From Patescibacteria group bacterium UBA5738 (GTDB taxonomy: Bacteria > Patescibacteriota > Minisyncoccia > Minisyncoccales > UBA5738), in the NCBI GenBank assembly GCA_002419295.1, contig DIFW01000017.1:57099-121098 (forward strand): a stretch of 64,000 nt of DNA, read 5' to 3'. Shown piece by piece: positions 1 to 9,848 of this stretch. The translations under genes and the position numbers were made by a program. The stretch's first letter is position 1. Every line of letters starts with the position of its first letter. Under the pieces are notes generated by a model. The model saw only the letters and a list, made by a program, of their open reading frames with translations, was not told the DNA's origin and ran no database searches.

Positions 1-285
1 GGTACGGATGAAATTATCAAACGACAAATCAAGTTTTTCTTTTAACGCCAAAAACGGCCGCGCGGAATCATCGCAATACGCCTGCGGGGTTTTTCCAAGC
101 TCGGCGGCGCGTTGATAAATTTTAGCGCCATGCTCGTCGGTACCGGTATTGAAAAACACCTCTGCTCCTTGCGAGCGATGCCATCGCGCCAAAACATCCG
201 CCTGAATGATCTCCAGCGCGAAACCAATGTGCGGTTTGGCGTTCACATAGGGCAAAGTGGTGGTGATATAATATCTTGAAGCCAT
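1..285 (-). CDS. metG: Methionine--tRNA ligase, N-terminal part (runs off window start)
   Basis: Manual translation from ATG at 285: MASRYYITTTLPYVNAKPHIGFALE...TGTDEHGAKI, typical MetRS N-terminus with HIGH-like motif; not in the ORF track. Confidence 0.93.
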   Translation of the reverse strand, partial: MASRYYITTTLPYVNAKPHIGFALEIIQADVLARWHRSQGAEVFFNTGTDEHGAKIYQRAAELGKTPQAYCDDSARPFLALKEKLDLSFDNFIRT

Positions 286-307
286 AATAAATAAAACCTT
301 ATCAAAA

Positions 308-994
308 TTAACGCCCCCCTTCAAGCACCGCGACAAATTCGCCCTTCAAAGGGTCTTTTTTTATTTTGGCGATCACTTCGGCGATCGTGCCGCGATAGAT
401 GGTTTCAAAGGTTTTGGTCAATTCTCGGCAAACAACGAGGCGACGGGTTTTGTCTGGATTCAATTCGTCGATTTCGGACAGGGTTTTTAAAATTCGGAAA
501 TTGGATTCGTAGAACACCGCGGTGAATTCGTTTGCCAGCAGGTCTTCAAAGTATTTTTTGCGTTTGTTTTTCGCCGGCGGGAAACCGGCAAACATAAATT
601 TGTCCGTGGCAAAACCGGAAACGCTCAACGCCGCGATCGCGGCATTCGCGCCCGGAACGGGAATAATTTTAACACTATCGCCGAATTCTTCCACCACCGC
701 TTCCACCAGCCGGTTGCCCGGGTCACTGATACCGGGCGTGCCGGCGTCGGAGACCAGCGCCAAGTTTTTTCCCTCCTTCAGCAATTTTAAAATTTCGCCG
801 GTCTTTTCTGCGTCCGAATGCTGGTGGTAACTCAACAGCGGCTTTGCGATTTCATAATTATCAAGCAAAACTTTGGTCACGCGCGTGTCTTCGCACAATA
901 TCAAATCCGCGCTTTTCAGCGCTTCAACCGCCCGCAATGTCATATCGTCCAAATTGCCGATCGGCGTCGCCGCAATGTATAAAATCCCGGACAT
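308..994 (-). CDS. rsmI: 16S rRNA (cytidine1402-2'-O)-methyltransferase
   Basis: LYIAATPIGNLDD, CEDTRVT, VSDAGTPGISDPG and RELTK motifs. Confidence 0.95.
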   Translation of the reverse strand: MSGILYIAATPIGNLDDMTLRAVEALKSADLILCEDTRVTKVLLDNYEIAKPLLSYHQHSDAEKTGEILKLLKEGKNLALVSDAGTPGISDPGNRLVEAVVEEFGDSVKIIPVPGANAAIAALSVSGFATDKFMFAGFPPAKNKRKKYFEDLLANEFTAVFYESNFRILKTLSEIDELNPDKTRRLVVCRELTKTFETIYRGTIAEVIAKIKKDPLKGEFVAVLEGGR

Positions 995-996
995 AA

Positions 997-2028
997 TTAT
1001 TCGTTTAATCTTTTATTGCGCATCAAATAATCCCTTACAAAGTCGTATAAAACACCAAACAAAGGAATCGCCAAAATCGCGCCGGCGACTCCCCAAATCG
1101 CTTTTCCGGCCAAAAGCGAGAGTAGCACCAATATCGCGGGAAACTCAATGAATTTCTTTGAAAGCAAGGGAATCACCAGATTGTTTTCCAATTGCTGGAT
1201 TATCGTGAAAATCGCAATCGCGGCCGCCGCCTTTTGCCACGAATCAAGCAACGCTACCAGCGCGATCACCGCGCCCGAAGCAATCGGGCCGATAAACGGC
1301 ACAATATCGGCCACTCCCGCGAAAAATCCCAGAAACACCGGATAGCGAATATCCAGCGCCCAGCATGCCAGCGAAGTGAACACCCCCACCGCCAGCATTC
1401 CCGCCAAACGCACCGCGAACCATCCCGAAATCTTCACTTGCGCCCTTCCCCACCAATCTAAAACGATTTTTTCCCGTTTGGCTGGAATGGCCAGCAAAAT
1501 AAATTTTTTAATGCCGGCGGCCTCCAAGGAGAAGAATGCCGCGGCGACGATTATGGTGAATGTCGTTAAAATGCCGCCAAACAATACGCCCAGCGACCCG
1601 ATAATTCCCGAAGACGCGCCCACCATCCAATCGCGGACCGCGGCGACAAACGCGTCCATGCTTTGGAAAATCACAAATCCCATTCCCGAAAGAAACGGCG
1701 ACACTTTTTCGAAATAAAGCGGGAACAACTGTCCCAATTGCTGGGTCTCAATGGCAAAAATCGGCGCGAGCCAATAAATTCCCGCCCCAAAAATTCCGAA
1801 AACGGAAAAATAAACCAAAAACACGGATGCCCCGCGCGGCACTTTCAATTTTTCCAAAAAGTCCACCGCCGGATTGAAAAGCACGGAAATAATCAACGCA
1901 AAAAGCGCCAGCGACAAAACCTCCCGCGCCAAATACAGCGCGTATCCCACCGCCAATGCCAAACCGATCTTTGCCAGCATTGCCCATGAAACATCAATTG
2001 TTTTTTTATCTCCGCCGATTGAAAACAT
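997..2028 (-). CDS. AI-2E family transporter
   Basis: About 8 hydrophobic segments; PFIGP, QQLENNLVIP and GAILAIP motifs. Confidence 0.88.
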   Translation of the reverse strand: MFSIGGDKKTIDVSWAMLAKIGLALAVGYALYLAREVLSLALFALIISVLFNPAVDFLEKLKVPRGASVFLVYFSVFGIFGAGIYWLAPIFAIETQQLGQLFPLYFEKVSPFLSGMGFVIFQSMDAFVAAVRDWMVGASSGIIGSLGVLFGGILTTFTIIVAAAFFSLEAAGIKKFILLAIPAKREKIVLDWWGRAQVKISGWFAVRLAGMLAVGVFTSLACWALDIRYPVFLGFFAGVADIVPFIGPIASGAVIALVALLDSWQKAAAAIAIFTIIQQLENNLVIPLLSKKFIEFPAILVLLSLLAGKAIWGVAGAILAIPLFGVLYDFVRDYLMRNKRLNE

Positions 2029-2037
2029 ATTCTTTGA

Positions 2038-3309
2038 TTATAGCGCCTCTTCGAGTAAATCGCGAAACCTTGATTCGCCGCCATAAGGTCCGATCACCGC
2101 CAAATTCAACTTTTCGGGTTTGAAAATATCACGCGCCGCCTCTTGAATATCATCAACGGTCACTTGCTTTATTTTCTCATAGATTTCCTCAGGTTCCAAT
2201 ATCCGGCCTTCCAGCAATTCTTGCTCGCCGTAGAACAATCCTTTGGCATGGGACGATTCCAGCGCGATGGCGCTCCTGCCGGTGTAATTGTCTTTGGCCC
2301 GTTGCAATTCCGCCGCCGAAACTTGGCTGGCGCGAATTTTTTTAAATTCCCCCAAAATCACTTTGATGCCCTCATCCAGGCGATCGCTGTTTAAATTGGC
2401 CGTCGCCGCCAGTGAACCAGAGTCGGGATCCATTGACAATTCCGTGTGCACATCATAGACCAGCCCACGCTTGAATCTCACCTCTTCCATCAAGCGGGAA
2501 GAAAACATTCCCCCCAAAACGGTTTCCAGCAATTCCAGCGCCCGGCGACGCGGATAACTGTAGTCAAACGCTCTTACCCCCAGTGCGATCTGCGTTTGAT
2601 TAGTGTCTTTTTTATAAATCAAAACCTGCGGCGTTTCCTGCTTTTCCGCCACAGCGGCTTTTTTTGCCGGATCTTTGGCGGCAAACCGCCCGAAATATTT
2701 TTTTGTCAATTTTTCAGCTTCATTTTCGTCAAAATTGCCGGAGACGCAAACAACTGTGTTTTGCGCCGCATAATTTTTGTCCCGGTATTCCAAAAGCCGG
2801 TCGCGGGAGATACCTTTAACCGTTTCAATCGTCCCGACGATGTCCCGCCCCGCCGGCTGGTCGCCGTAAAGCGCCTGGTTCCAAACCGTCCAAATATGAC
2901 GCATCGGGTGGTCATGAAACATATTGATTTCTTCAATGATCGTTCCCCGCTCTTTTTCAATTTCTTCGGCCGGCAAAACGGAGTTCAAAAAAATATCGGC
3001 GACCAAATCAAACGCCGCTTCAAATTTTTTGCTTTGCACCTTGGCGTAATAACCGGTCATCTCCTGCGAAGTAAACGCGTTGGCAACGCCGCCCAGCCCG
3101 TCAATTTCCGAAAAAACAGCCATTTCCGTCAAGCGCTTTTTGGTGCCCTTGAATTGCAAATGCTCCAGAAAATGGGAGATACCGCTGATCTCTTTGGTTT
3201 CGTATTTGGAACCCGTACCCACCAGCGTCAAAACCGTTACCGTATCGGTGTTCGCGGAGTTTACCGTGATCAGCCTCAACCCGTTGGGCAATGTTGTTTT
3301 TTTATACAT
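2038..3309 (-). CDS. M16 (pitrilysin) family zinc peptidase
   Basis: GISHFLEHL inverted HXXEH motif, NAFTS, SSRLMEEVR..RGLVY. Confidence 0.93.
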   Translation of the reverse strand: MYKKTTLPNGLRLITVNSANTDTVTVLTLVGTGSKYETKEISGISHFLEHLQFKGTKKRLTEMAVFSEIDGLGGVANAFTSQEMTGYYAKVQSKKFEAAFDLVADIFLNSVLPAEEIEKERGTIIEEINMFHDHPMRHIWTVWNQALYGDQPAGRDIVGTIETVKGISRDRLLEYRDKNYAAQNTVVCVSGNFDENEAEKLTKKYFGRFAAKDPAKKAAVAEKQETPQVLIYKKDTNQTQIALGVRAFDYSYPRRRALELLETVLGGMFSSRLMEEVRFKRGLVYDVHTELSMDPDSGSLAATANLNSDRLDEGIKVILGEFKKIRASQVSAAELQRAKDNYTGRSAIALESSHAKGLFYGEQELLEGRILEPEEIYEKIKQVTVDDIQEAARDIFKPEKLNLAVIGPYGGESRFRDLLEEAL

Positions 3310-3360
3310 ATAATTTACCGCTGAATAATTAACGAATGTATTACTTTAAAATTTTTACGC

Positions 3361-3915
3361 TTATTTTTCAAAACCGCCAATAACCCAGTCAAATTCACCC
3401 TGCCAGTTCCGGTTCGGACAATTCCATCCCGGGCTTGCCGGATGCGGCCGGCCGCTGGTTTCCATATCAATGATCCCCAAAACAAAGAATGCTCCTCTGG
3501 CCGCATCACAATTGGCATATCCGGCGCTGTAACGATGATAACAGTAACCATAACATCCGGTGCCGGATCCCCCTCTGGGGTCTGTCGGCACTTGTTTCAG
3601 CAACCCTGCCGTTTCCAACATGCCAATGAACGGGCTGTTATTGCCGTCATTACATGGCCCTTGGTCCCATCCGTCGCAACAAGCATCCGATGAAATCGGC
3701 GGGAACCCTCCGTATTGGACATTATACATCTGCAGTGCCAGCACAATTTGCCGCATATCACTCACCCGCCGCGCGTCGCGCGCTTTTGCACGGGTATCGG
3801 TCATCGCCACCAGCACCATCCCCGATAACACACCGATGATGGAAATCACCACCAAAAGTTCGATTAAAGTAAACCCGTTCTTGCTTGCCAAATTGGATTC
3901 AAAGGGAAAAATCAT
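3361..3915 (-). CDS. Type IV pilin / GspG-like prepilin A
   Basis: Class III signal G|[16 protein letters not shown], then ARDARR helix and Cys-rich head. Confidence 0.9.
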   Translation of the reverse strand: MIFPFESNLASKNGFTLIELLVVISIIGVLSGMVLVAMTDTRAKARDARRVSDMRQIVLALQMYNVQYGGFPPISSDACCDGWDQGPCNDGNNSPFIGMLETAGLLKQVPTDPRGGSGTGCYGYCYHRYSAGYANCDAARGAFFVLGIIDMETSGRPHPASPGWNCPNRNWQGEFDWVIGGFEK

Positions 3916-3959
3916 CTCTCTTTTTAAAATTACCCGATAATCATTTTTCGTAATGAAAA

Positions 3960-4541
3960 TTATTTTTGGCGCATCCCGACGGTGATCACGCCATAATTAA
4001 CACTGCTCGGATTGGTACTGCCATAATTAAAAAAATATCCGGACGGATAATCCGTACCGCTCACGGTGCAAGGACAAGTCCGTGTGCCGGGAGACGCCAT
4101 ATTCGGTTTTTCAAGGCGATAAGAAAGCATGTACCAATGCCCCGAACATCCGTAACCGGAAGCGTAATAGGCATAAAGATAGGTGCTGGTCGTTGTCCAC
4201 GGATAATTAACCGGATTGGTGATCGGAGTATTAACCGGGTCTGCGGGCAAACTGATATACGGCGCCAATTGCGTTTTAAAAGCGTTCCAATTAGTCTCAT
4301 TGTTGCTGATTGTCCAGCCTCTTACCGGATAGGTGCCCTTCTCCGCGTAATACAATTCCAGCGCCTTGCGGATTTGAGTGATGTCGTTAACCCTCCGCGC
4401 GTCCCGCGCTCTGGCACGCGCATCGGTCATCGCCACCAAAACCATCCCCGACAGCACGCCGATGATGGAAATCACCACCAGAAGCTCGATCAGAGTGAAG
4501 CCGTTCTTGCCCGGGTTTAATCTAGCAAAGAACTCCGGCAT
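3960..4541 (-). CDS. Type IV pilin / GspG-like prepilin B
   Basis: G|[14 protein letters not shown] motif; start placed at MPEFFARL by analogy with paralogs (ORF track starts at 4583). Confidence 0.9.
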   Translation of the reverse strand: MPEFFARLNPGKNGFTLIELLVVISIIGVLSGMVLVAMTDARARARDARRVNDITQIRKALELYYAEKGTYPVRGWTISNNETNWNAFKTQLAPYISLPADPVNTPITNPVNYPWTTTSTYLYAYYASGYGCSGHWYMLSYRLEKPNMASPGTRTCPCTVSGTDYPSGYFFNYGSTNPSSVNYGVITVGMRQK

Positions 4542-4723
4542 TACAACTTGCCCCGCAATCACGCAAACCGCCGGTACCGGCAAATTTCATTTCTTGCAAG
4601 ACATATTAATTTTCTTTTTTGCATCCTTATCATAAAAATCCGGCTTATTATAAACACTCAATAAAACTAGTTTTTCTTGGAAATGAGAAAATCATAAAAC
4701 TCTCGCCGGATAATTACTTATGC

Positions 4724-5311
4724 TTATATTCCCAGATAACCGCATTGGCGGCAAGACCCGCCGGGAGGACAATGAATGGCAGATTTACCACTTTCCCAGG
4801 CCGCCCATTTCCACCCTAGACAATCATTGTCATTATTCGGAAATTTATCCGTTTGAAATGATAATTGATAAGCCCCATTGATAGTATTCACTGGCGACGG
4901 CAACCAATATGATCCGGGAGAGGCATAAATATATGTCCAATAAACGCGGCCAATGTCTCCGTATGACGGATCTTTAGGGATTTGCTTTAGATAAGTTACC
5001 AGCGCGGCATTGACGCTGTCGCTGCCATGCGGACCGCCGCCCCAACATTCTTCCGTGGAAGGTATCCCAAGACACACGATTTGCCCGCCCGTACCCGGAT
5101 ATGAACCGTGTTCGGCGGCATACATTTCTATCGCGGTTCTTATCTGCCGGATATCCGATACCCGCCGCGCGTCCCTTGCCTTTTCCCGAAACCCCGTCAT
5201 TGCCACCAACACCATCCCCGATAACACACCGATGATGGAAATCACCACCAAAAGTTCGATTAGGGTAAAACCTTTTTTGTTCGATTTTAGTTTGGCAAAA
5301 AAATCCGGCAT
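4724..5311 (-). CDS. Type IV pilin / GspG-like prepilin A'
   Basis: KKG|[14 protein letters not shown] motif, Cys-containing head. Confidence 0.9.
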   Translation of the reverse strand: MPDFFAKLKSNKKGFTLIELLVVISIIGVLSGMVLVAMTGFREKARDARRVSDIRQIRTAIEMYAAEHGSYPGTGGQIVCLGIPSTEECWGGGPHGSDSVNAALVTYLKQIPKDPSYGDIGRVYWTYIYASPGSYWLPSPVNTINGAYQLSFQTDKFPNNDNDCLGWKWAAWESGKSAIHCPPGGSCRQCGYLGI

Positions 5312-5321
5312 TATGCTTTAC

Positions 5322-5555
5322 TTAATGAATCATTTCCCCGGAAACATCGTAATTAACGGTTTGGTTTTTGGCGTTCTGCTGATAGAAATAATATCCCCAA
5401 AACGCGACGGTCAAAACCAGGCACACAATAATGATAACGATCTGAATTTTTTTCTTTTTCGCGCCCCGCTCCAAATCCGGCGGCGGGGCAATCTCGGTTT
5501 GCGGCTTGGCAGTATAATCGCTGAAATCAATGCCTTTATTTTGATTTGAGTCCAT
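5322..5555 (-). CDS. Small single-pass membrane protein within pilin array
   Basis: 77 aa, KKKK then one TM helix; fills the gap between two pilin genes with 10-11 nt spacing. Confidence 0.7.
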   Translation of the reverse strand: MDSNQNKGIDFSDYTAKPQTEIAPPPDLERGAKKKKIQIVIIIVCLVLTVAFWGYYFYQQNAKNQTVNYDVSGEMIH

Positions 5556-5566
5556 ATTTTTGAAAA

Positions 5567-6097
5567 TTATTTTTGCACCATACCAATAGTAAGAGTGCCG
5601 GAATAATTATAGGTGCCATTGGGACATTTTACCCCGGGAGATACAATACTACCCGGTTTTTCTATCCTGGCTAACAACATATACCAATGCCGGGTGAATG
5701 AAGCATCCGGGACATAAGTGCCCGTTCCCGTATAATAACTATAAGTATAAACATCGGCAGTATACGCATGTCCGGAAGAAGGCGCGTTGATCGGATCTTT
5801 GGGAAGGGCGATATAAGGCGCCAGCGGTGTCACCAGCGCTTGCCACGCGGCCGCGTCGTTGCTACTTCTCCACCCAATTGCATTAGGATAGATTGCGTTC
5901 TCCGCGTAATACAATTCCAGCGCCTTGCGGATTTGGGTAATATCGTTCACCCGCCGCGCGTCGCGCGCTCTGGCGCGCGTATCGGTCATCGCCACCAAAA
6001 CCATCCCCGACAGCGTGCCGATGATGGAAATCACCACCAGAAGTTCGATCAGAGTAAAACCATTGGATGGTTTTAACTTGGCAAAAAACTCAAACAT
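5567..6097 (-). CDS. Type IV pilin / GspG-like prepilin B'
   Basis: G|[14 protein letters not shown] motif; start placed at MFEFFAKL (ORF track starts at 6157). Confidence 0.9.
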   Translation of the reverse strand: MFEFFAKLKPSNGFTLIELLVVISIIGTLSGMVLVAMTDTRARARDARRVNDITQIRKALELYYAENAIYPNAIGWRSSNDAAAWQALVTPLAPYIALPKDPINAPSSGHAYTADVYTYSYYTGTGTYVPDASFTRHWYMLLARIEKPGSIVSPGVKCPNGTYNYSGTLTIGMVQK

Positions 6098-6171
6098 TCG
6101 CCCTCGCCCCGCGGTCACGCAAAACCCGACTTCGCCGAATCCGGTTTCCCGCGGCACAAATTAACCTTTCT

Positions 6172-7563
6172 TCATCCCGAATATAACCCGCGCTTGACAT
6201 AATCGGCAAGCAAATTCATCTTCACGCGCGTCTGCGCCATAGTATCGCGATCGCGCACCGTGGCATCATCACCGGCAAGCGAATCAAAATCCACGGTAAT
6301 GCAATAGGGCGTGCCGATCTCGTCCTGGCGGCGATAGCGTTTGCCGATATTGCCAGAATCGTCAAACTCGCACATAAATTCCTCGCGCAACGCTTCATAG
6401 ACTTCCCGCGCTTTGGCGACAAGTTCGGGTTTGTTTTTCAACAACGGGAAAATTGCCGCTTTGATCGGCGCCAATCTCCGGTCAAACTTCATCACTGTGC
6501 GCGTCTCGCCGTTAACTTCCTCTTCGGCATAAGCTTTGTCCAAAAACATAAAAAACAGCCGGTTCAAACCCACGGAAGTTTCCATAATGTGGGGAATGAA
6601 TTTTTCGCCGCTTTGAGGATCGGCATAACTCAAGTCCTGCCCGGAAAATTTGGAATGCTGGCTCAAATCCCAATCGCCGCGCGCGTGGATGCCCTCCACT
6701 TCCTTGTATCCGCCCAGCGCCTTGAAATTATATTCAATGTCATACGCTTCGGAAGCATAATGCGCCAATTTTTCATGCTTGTACCAGCGGATATCGCTTT
6801 CATCCATCCCATAATTCAAATACCAGTTCCAACGAGTTTGCTTCCAATCATTATATTTTTCTTTCATCATCGACGGATGCAAAAAATACTGCATCTCCAT
6901 CTGTTCAAACTCGCGCGTGCGGAAAATAAACTGCCGCGCCACGATCTCGTTGCGAAACGCCTTGCCTACTTGCGCGATACCGAACGGCAATTTCACTCTG
7001 GCGGTATCCAGCGTGTTTTTATATTCCAAATAGATGCCGCCGCAGGTTTCCGGCCGCAAATAAACCACATTTTCTTCGCTCAACGCGTCGGTGGGAGAGC
7101 CCAGATTGGATTTGACCATCAATGAAAATCTTTTTGCCGCGGTTAAATCCGTCGATCCGCAATTGGCGCATTTGAGTTTTTTTTCGCTCCGCAGTTTGTC
7201 CAATTCGGCATTAAGAAATTCCAGCGGCTGTTTGTCCGCCGACACTCCGAATTGCTCCAGAATATGATCGGCGCGCCAGCGGGCTTTGCATTTTTTGCAA
7301 TCAACTTGCGGATCATCAAAACTGTCCACATGCCCGGAAGCGAGCCATGTCGTCGGATGCATAAAAATCGCGCTGTCCAAACCCACAACATCGTCGCGCA
7401 ACTGCACCATATGCCGCCACCACGCGTCGCGAATGTTGTTTTTCAAGAGCGTACCGTAATGGCCATAGTCATAAATCGCGGCAAACCCTCCATATATTTC
7501 CGAGGACGGAAAAACGAATCCCCTTCTTTTGGCCAACGAGATGATATTTTGCAAATAATCCAT
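6172..7563 (-). CDS. glyQS: Glycine--tRNA ligase (alpha2, eukaryote-type)
   Basis: KRRGFVFPSSEIYGG, YLRPET, FRTREFEQMEMQ, IGKRYRRQDEIGTP. Confidence 0.96.
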   Translation of the reverse strand: MDYLQNIISLAKRRGFVFPSSEIYGGFAAIYDYGHYGTLLKNNIRDAWWRHMVQLRDDVVGLDSAIFMHPTTWLASGHVDSFDDPQVDCKKCKARWRADHILEQFGVSADKQPLEFLNAELDKLRSEKKLKCANCGSTDLTAAKRFSLMVKSNLGSPTDALSEENVVYLRPETCGGIYLEYKNTLDTARVKLPFGIAQVGKAFRNEIVARQFIFRTREFEQMEMQYFLHPSMMKEKYNDWKQTRWNWYLNYGMDESDIRWYKHEKLAHYASEAYDIEYNFKALGGYKEVEGIHARGDWDLSQHSKFSGQDLSYADPQSGEKFIPHIMETSVGLNRLFFMFLDKAYAEEEVNGETRTVMKFDRRLAPIKAAIFPLLKNKPELVAKAREVYEALREEFMCEFDDSGNIGKRYRRQDEIGTPYCITVDFDSLAGDDATVRDRDTMAQTRVKMNLLADYVKRGLYSG

Positions 7564-7592
7564 ATTTCAAATGAAAAATTTAAATAGATTTT

Positions 7593-9272
7593 CTAATTTG
7601 TTTTTGGCTGGACGATGCCGCTGTTTTCAACCAGCGCCGGATCGGAAAGCGAGGCTGTGTCAATGGCAGGGGCGATTGATTCCAGCGGAATACCAGTCCA
7701 ACCGTCATTGCCTTTTATCACCGCTTGGCCGATGATCCCGGCGGTGCCGCCGATCTGGGAATTCATCGGCGTTACCGCCACTTGAAATGAAATGTTAAGC
7801 GGATTGGAAACCAGCCCTTGTCCCGCCGACATATCGCCGATGGTCCAAACGATTTCCCGGGTCGTTTGATCATATGCCAATTTTTCGGCTTGATTCTCGG
7901 GAAAAATCTTGCCGGCGGCCAATTGCGCCTCCGGCGGCAAAACCGCGCGCGCGCTCACCGCGCCGACATTCGAATAATAATTTTTCACTTGCCATGTAAC
8001 CGTATAGGTTGTCGGCGCGCCGGCCTGAGGCGGCAAAGGCCCAGTATTGCCGAATATCTCATCGCCATAGAACGCCTTTTGCGTTAATTCCAATTTGGAG
8101 CTGATTTTGGTGGTGAATTCCTCGCGCGCCGGACCGATCATTATCTTGTTGGTAAGTTCCGGCCGATTCAAACGGCTCAAATCGTCTTTCAGCTTCACCC
8201 AGAATTCCGCTTTTCCTTCGTCCATCACCGGCAGATAGGCCAACCCGTTGTTCTGCCGCCAGTCGAATACCAGCGAATTGTTGCCGGTTTGGAAATTACC
8301 GGTTTCTGATTTTATCGTCGTCAAATCATACAAATCACCTTCCAGATTATCGATTAAGACCAGATTATAAAGCTCGCTGTCGCTCACATTTTTATAATAA
8401 ATCTCGTAATGCAACCACTCTCCCGGCTTGGCGGTGTAATTGGCGTCGCCGTTGATGGTTTGCCGCAACGCGACCGTGGGCTTGACGATTTTGGTGCCTT
8501 TTTCAATTTCTTTCAACTGCATATACTGGCCGTCTTTCCAAATACCGATGCGCGCCCGAAAAACCTTTCCTTCGTTCAAAGACCCGGAAAGCCGTCCGGA
8601 GACATCAATCGTACCCGACTGGTTTTTATTCAATACCGGCACCACCCATTCGTCTTTATCGAAAGATTCCGGCGTTGAATGCGAAAATGAATACCCCGCG
8701 GGATAGTCCATATTGACGCGCAAATCGGTGAGAAGCCAATCCACATTGGAAAAATAATTTATCTTGAAGCGAAAATCTTTGTCGGCCTCCACGGTGGAAG
8801 CAATATCCATATCCAAATCCAAAGGCACCTCTTTCATTATTGTGGTAAATGTCGTCGCCGACTCAAAGCGCGCGCTCAAATTTTTCGGCTGGTAGGAAAG
8901 CACCGCGCTTGCCACTCTGGCATCGCCGGCTTTTCCCACCACGCGAAATTTGAAAGTGAAGCTTTTTTCTTCTCCGGGATAAATCGCGCCGCCCAGCTTT
9001 TCGGATTCAAGCACTTCTTTGGCAAAGATTTTATCGTCTTTAACCGAAAAATCCGGCGCCGTAAAAATCAGATTGGGATTTTCCAGCCGGAATTCGCCGT
9101 TGTTTTTGTACTTCACCACATATTCCACTTCCTGCCCCAAAACCGCTTCGCGGGGACCGAAAATTTCCAATTTCAATTCTTCTTTCGAGTAAATGTTTTT
9201 GCGCCAAAAACCATAACCCACGGCGGCAATCACTAAAACAAAAACGATTAAAATTTTAACAAATTTGCTCAT
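7593..9272 (-). CDS. Membrane-anchored extracellular beta-sandwich (DUF11-like) protein
   Basis: N-terminal TM anchor; repeated G..v.Y.v.YKN Ig-like modules; GPLPPQAG..TTYTVTW motif. Confidence 0.7.
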   Translation of the reverse strand: MSKFVKILIVFVLVIAAVGYGFWRKNIYSKEELKLEIFGPREAVLGQEVEYVVKYKNNGEFRLENPNLIFTAPDFSVKDDKIFAKEVLESEKLGGAIYPGEEKSFTFKFRVVGKAGDARVASAVLSYQPKNLSARFESATTFTTIMKEVPLDLDMDIASTVEADKDFRFKINYFSNVDWLLTDLRVNMDYPAGYSFSHSTPESFDKDEWVVPVLNKNQSGTIDVSGRLSGSLNEGKVFRARIGIWKDGQYMQLKEIEKGTKIVKPTVALRQTINGDANYTAKPGEWLHYEIYYKNVSDSELYNLVLIDNLEGDLYDLTTIKSETGNFQTGNNSLVFDWRQNNGLAYLPVMDEGKAEFWVKLKDDLSRLNRPELTNKIMIGPAREEFTTKISSKLELTQKAFYGDEIFGNTGPLPPQAGAPTTYTVTWQVKNYYSNVGAVSARAVLPPEAQLAAGKIFPENQAEKLAYDQTTREIVWTIGDMSAGQGLVSNPLNISFQVAVTPMNSQIGGTAGIIGQAVIKGNDGWTGIPLESIAPAIDTASLSDPALVENSGIVQPKTN

Positions 9273-9290
9273 TGAAAATTTGATGATTGC

Positions 9291-9836
9291 TTAATAAAAC
9301 TTTTTTGGATTCAGGCTGTTTACTCCGGACACAAAATTGCGCCTGCTTTCAGAATCATACTTAAGTTTTTTAACCTCATCGGAAGTGAAGCTTCGGAGCG
9401 ACGGATGGCTCCACCTGCCCTCTTTCACCGCTGTCTGCATAGATCTTAATTTATCTCCTCTCACCCACGCATCACCGCTCCCTCCAAGAATTCTGGCCAT
9501 CGTTTTTTTCGCTTTCTCTTTTGATGCAAATGATTCCGGAAGTGCTTTTCCCCACGATTCCGCCAGCGCCGGCGCGATTTTTTTCAATTGCTCCGACCCC
9601 TGCGCGCCATAATATTTTTTAATTTCTTCTTTAGTTTTTCCGGATTTTTCTTGTATTTTTGGAGCAATCGTCTTGGCCTTATCTGTTGTTATATTGGAAC
9701 GACTGCCGCCAAACCGCGATGTCGGGCGATTTAAAAGATCCCCGCCTTCGGAGAACGAATGACCCAAAACATTTTCATTCTCGTTGCTGTTTTCCGGTTT
9801 TGTGCCGCCGCCAAAAAAATTTCCAAAGATTGACAT
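9291..9836 (-). CDS. Hypothetical basic protein
   Basis: 181 aa ORF tightly packed in a minus-strand gene run; no motif recognised. Confidence 0.6.
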   Translation of the reverse strand: MSIFGNFFGGGTKPENSNENENVLGHSFSEGGDLLNRPTSRFGGSRSNITTDKAKTIAPKIQEKSGKTKEEIKKYYGAQGSEQLKKIAPALAESWGKALPESFASKEKAKKTMARILGGSGDAWVRGDKLRSMQTAVKEGRWSHPSLRSFTSDEVKKLKYDSESRRNFVSGVNSLNPKKFY

Positions 9837-9848
9837 CGTGCCGTTAAA

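Noticed and set aside
2446-3324. Long antisense ORFs (also 10105-10929, 31547-32233, 35314-36159, 59172-59843)
   Set aside because: Shadows of well-supported genes on the opposite strand; no recognisable motifs
3361-6157. Diversity-generating retroelement acting on the pilins
   Set aside because: No RT and no TR/VR pair differing only at adenines; similarity is confined to the 5' ends
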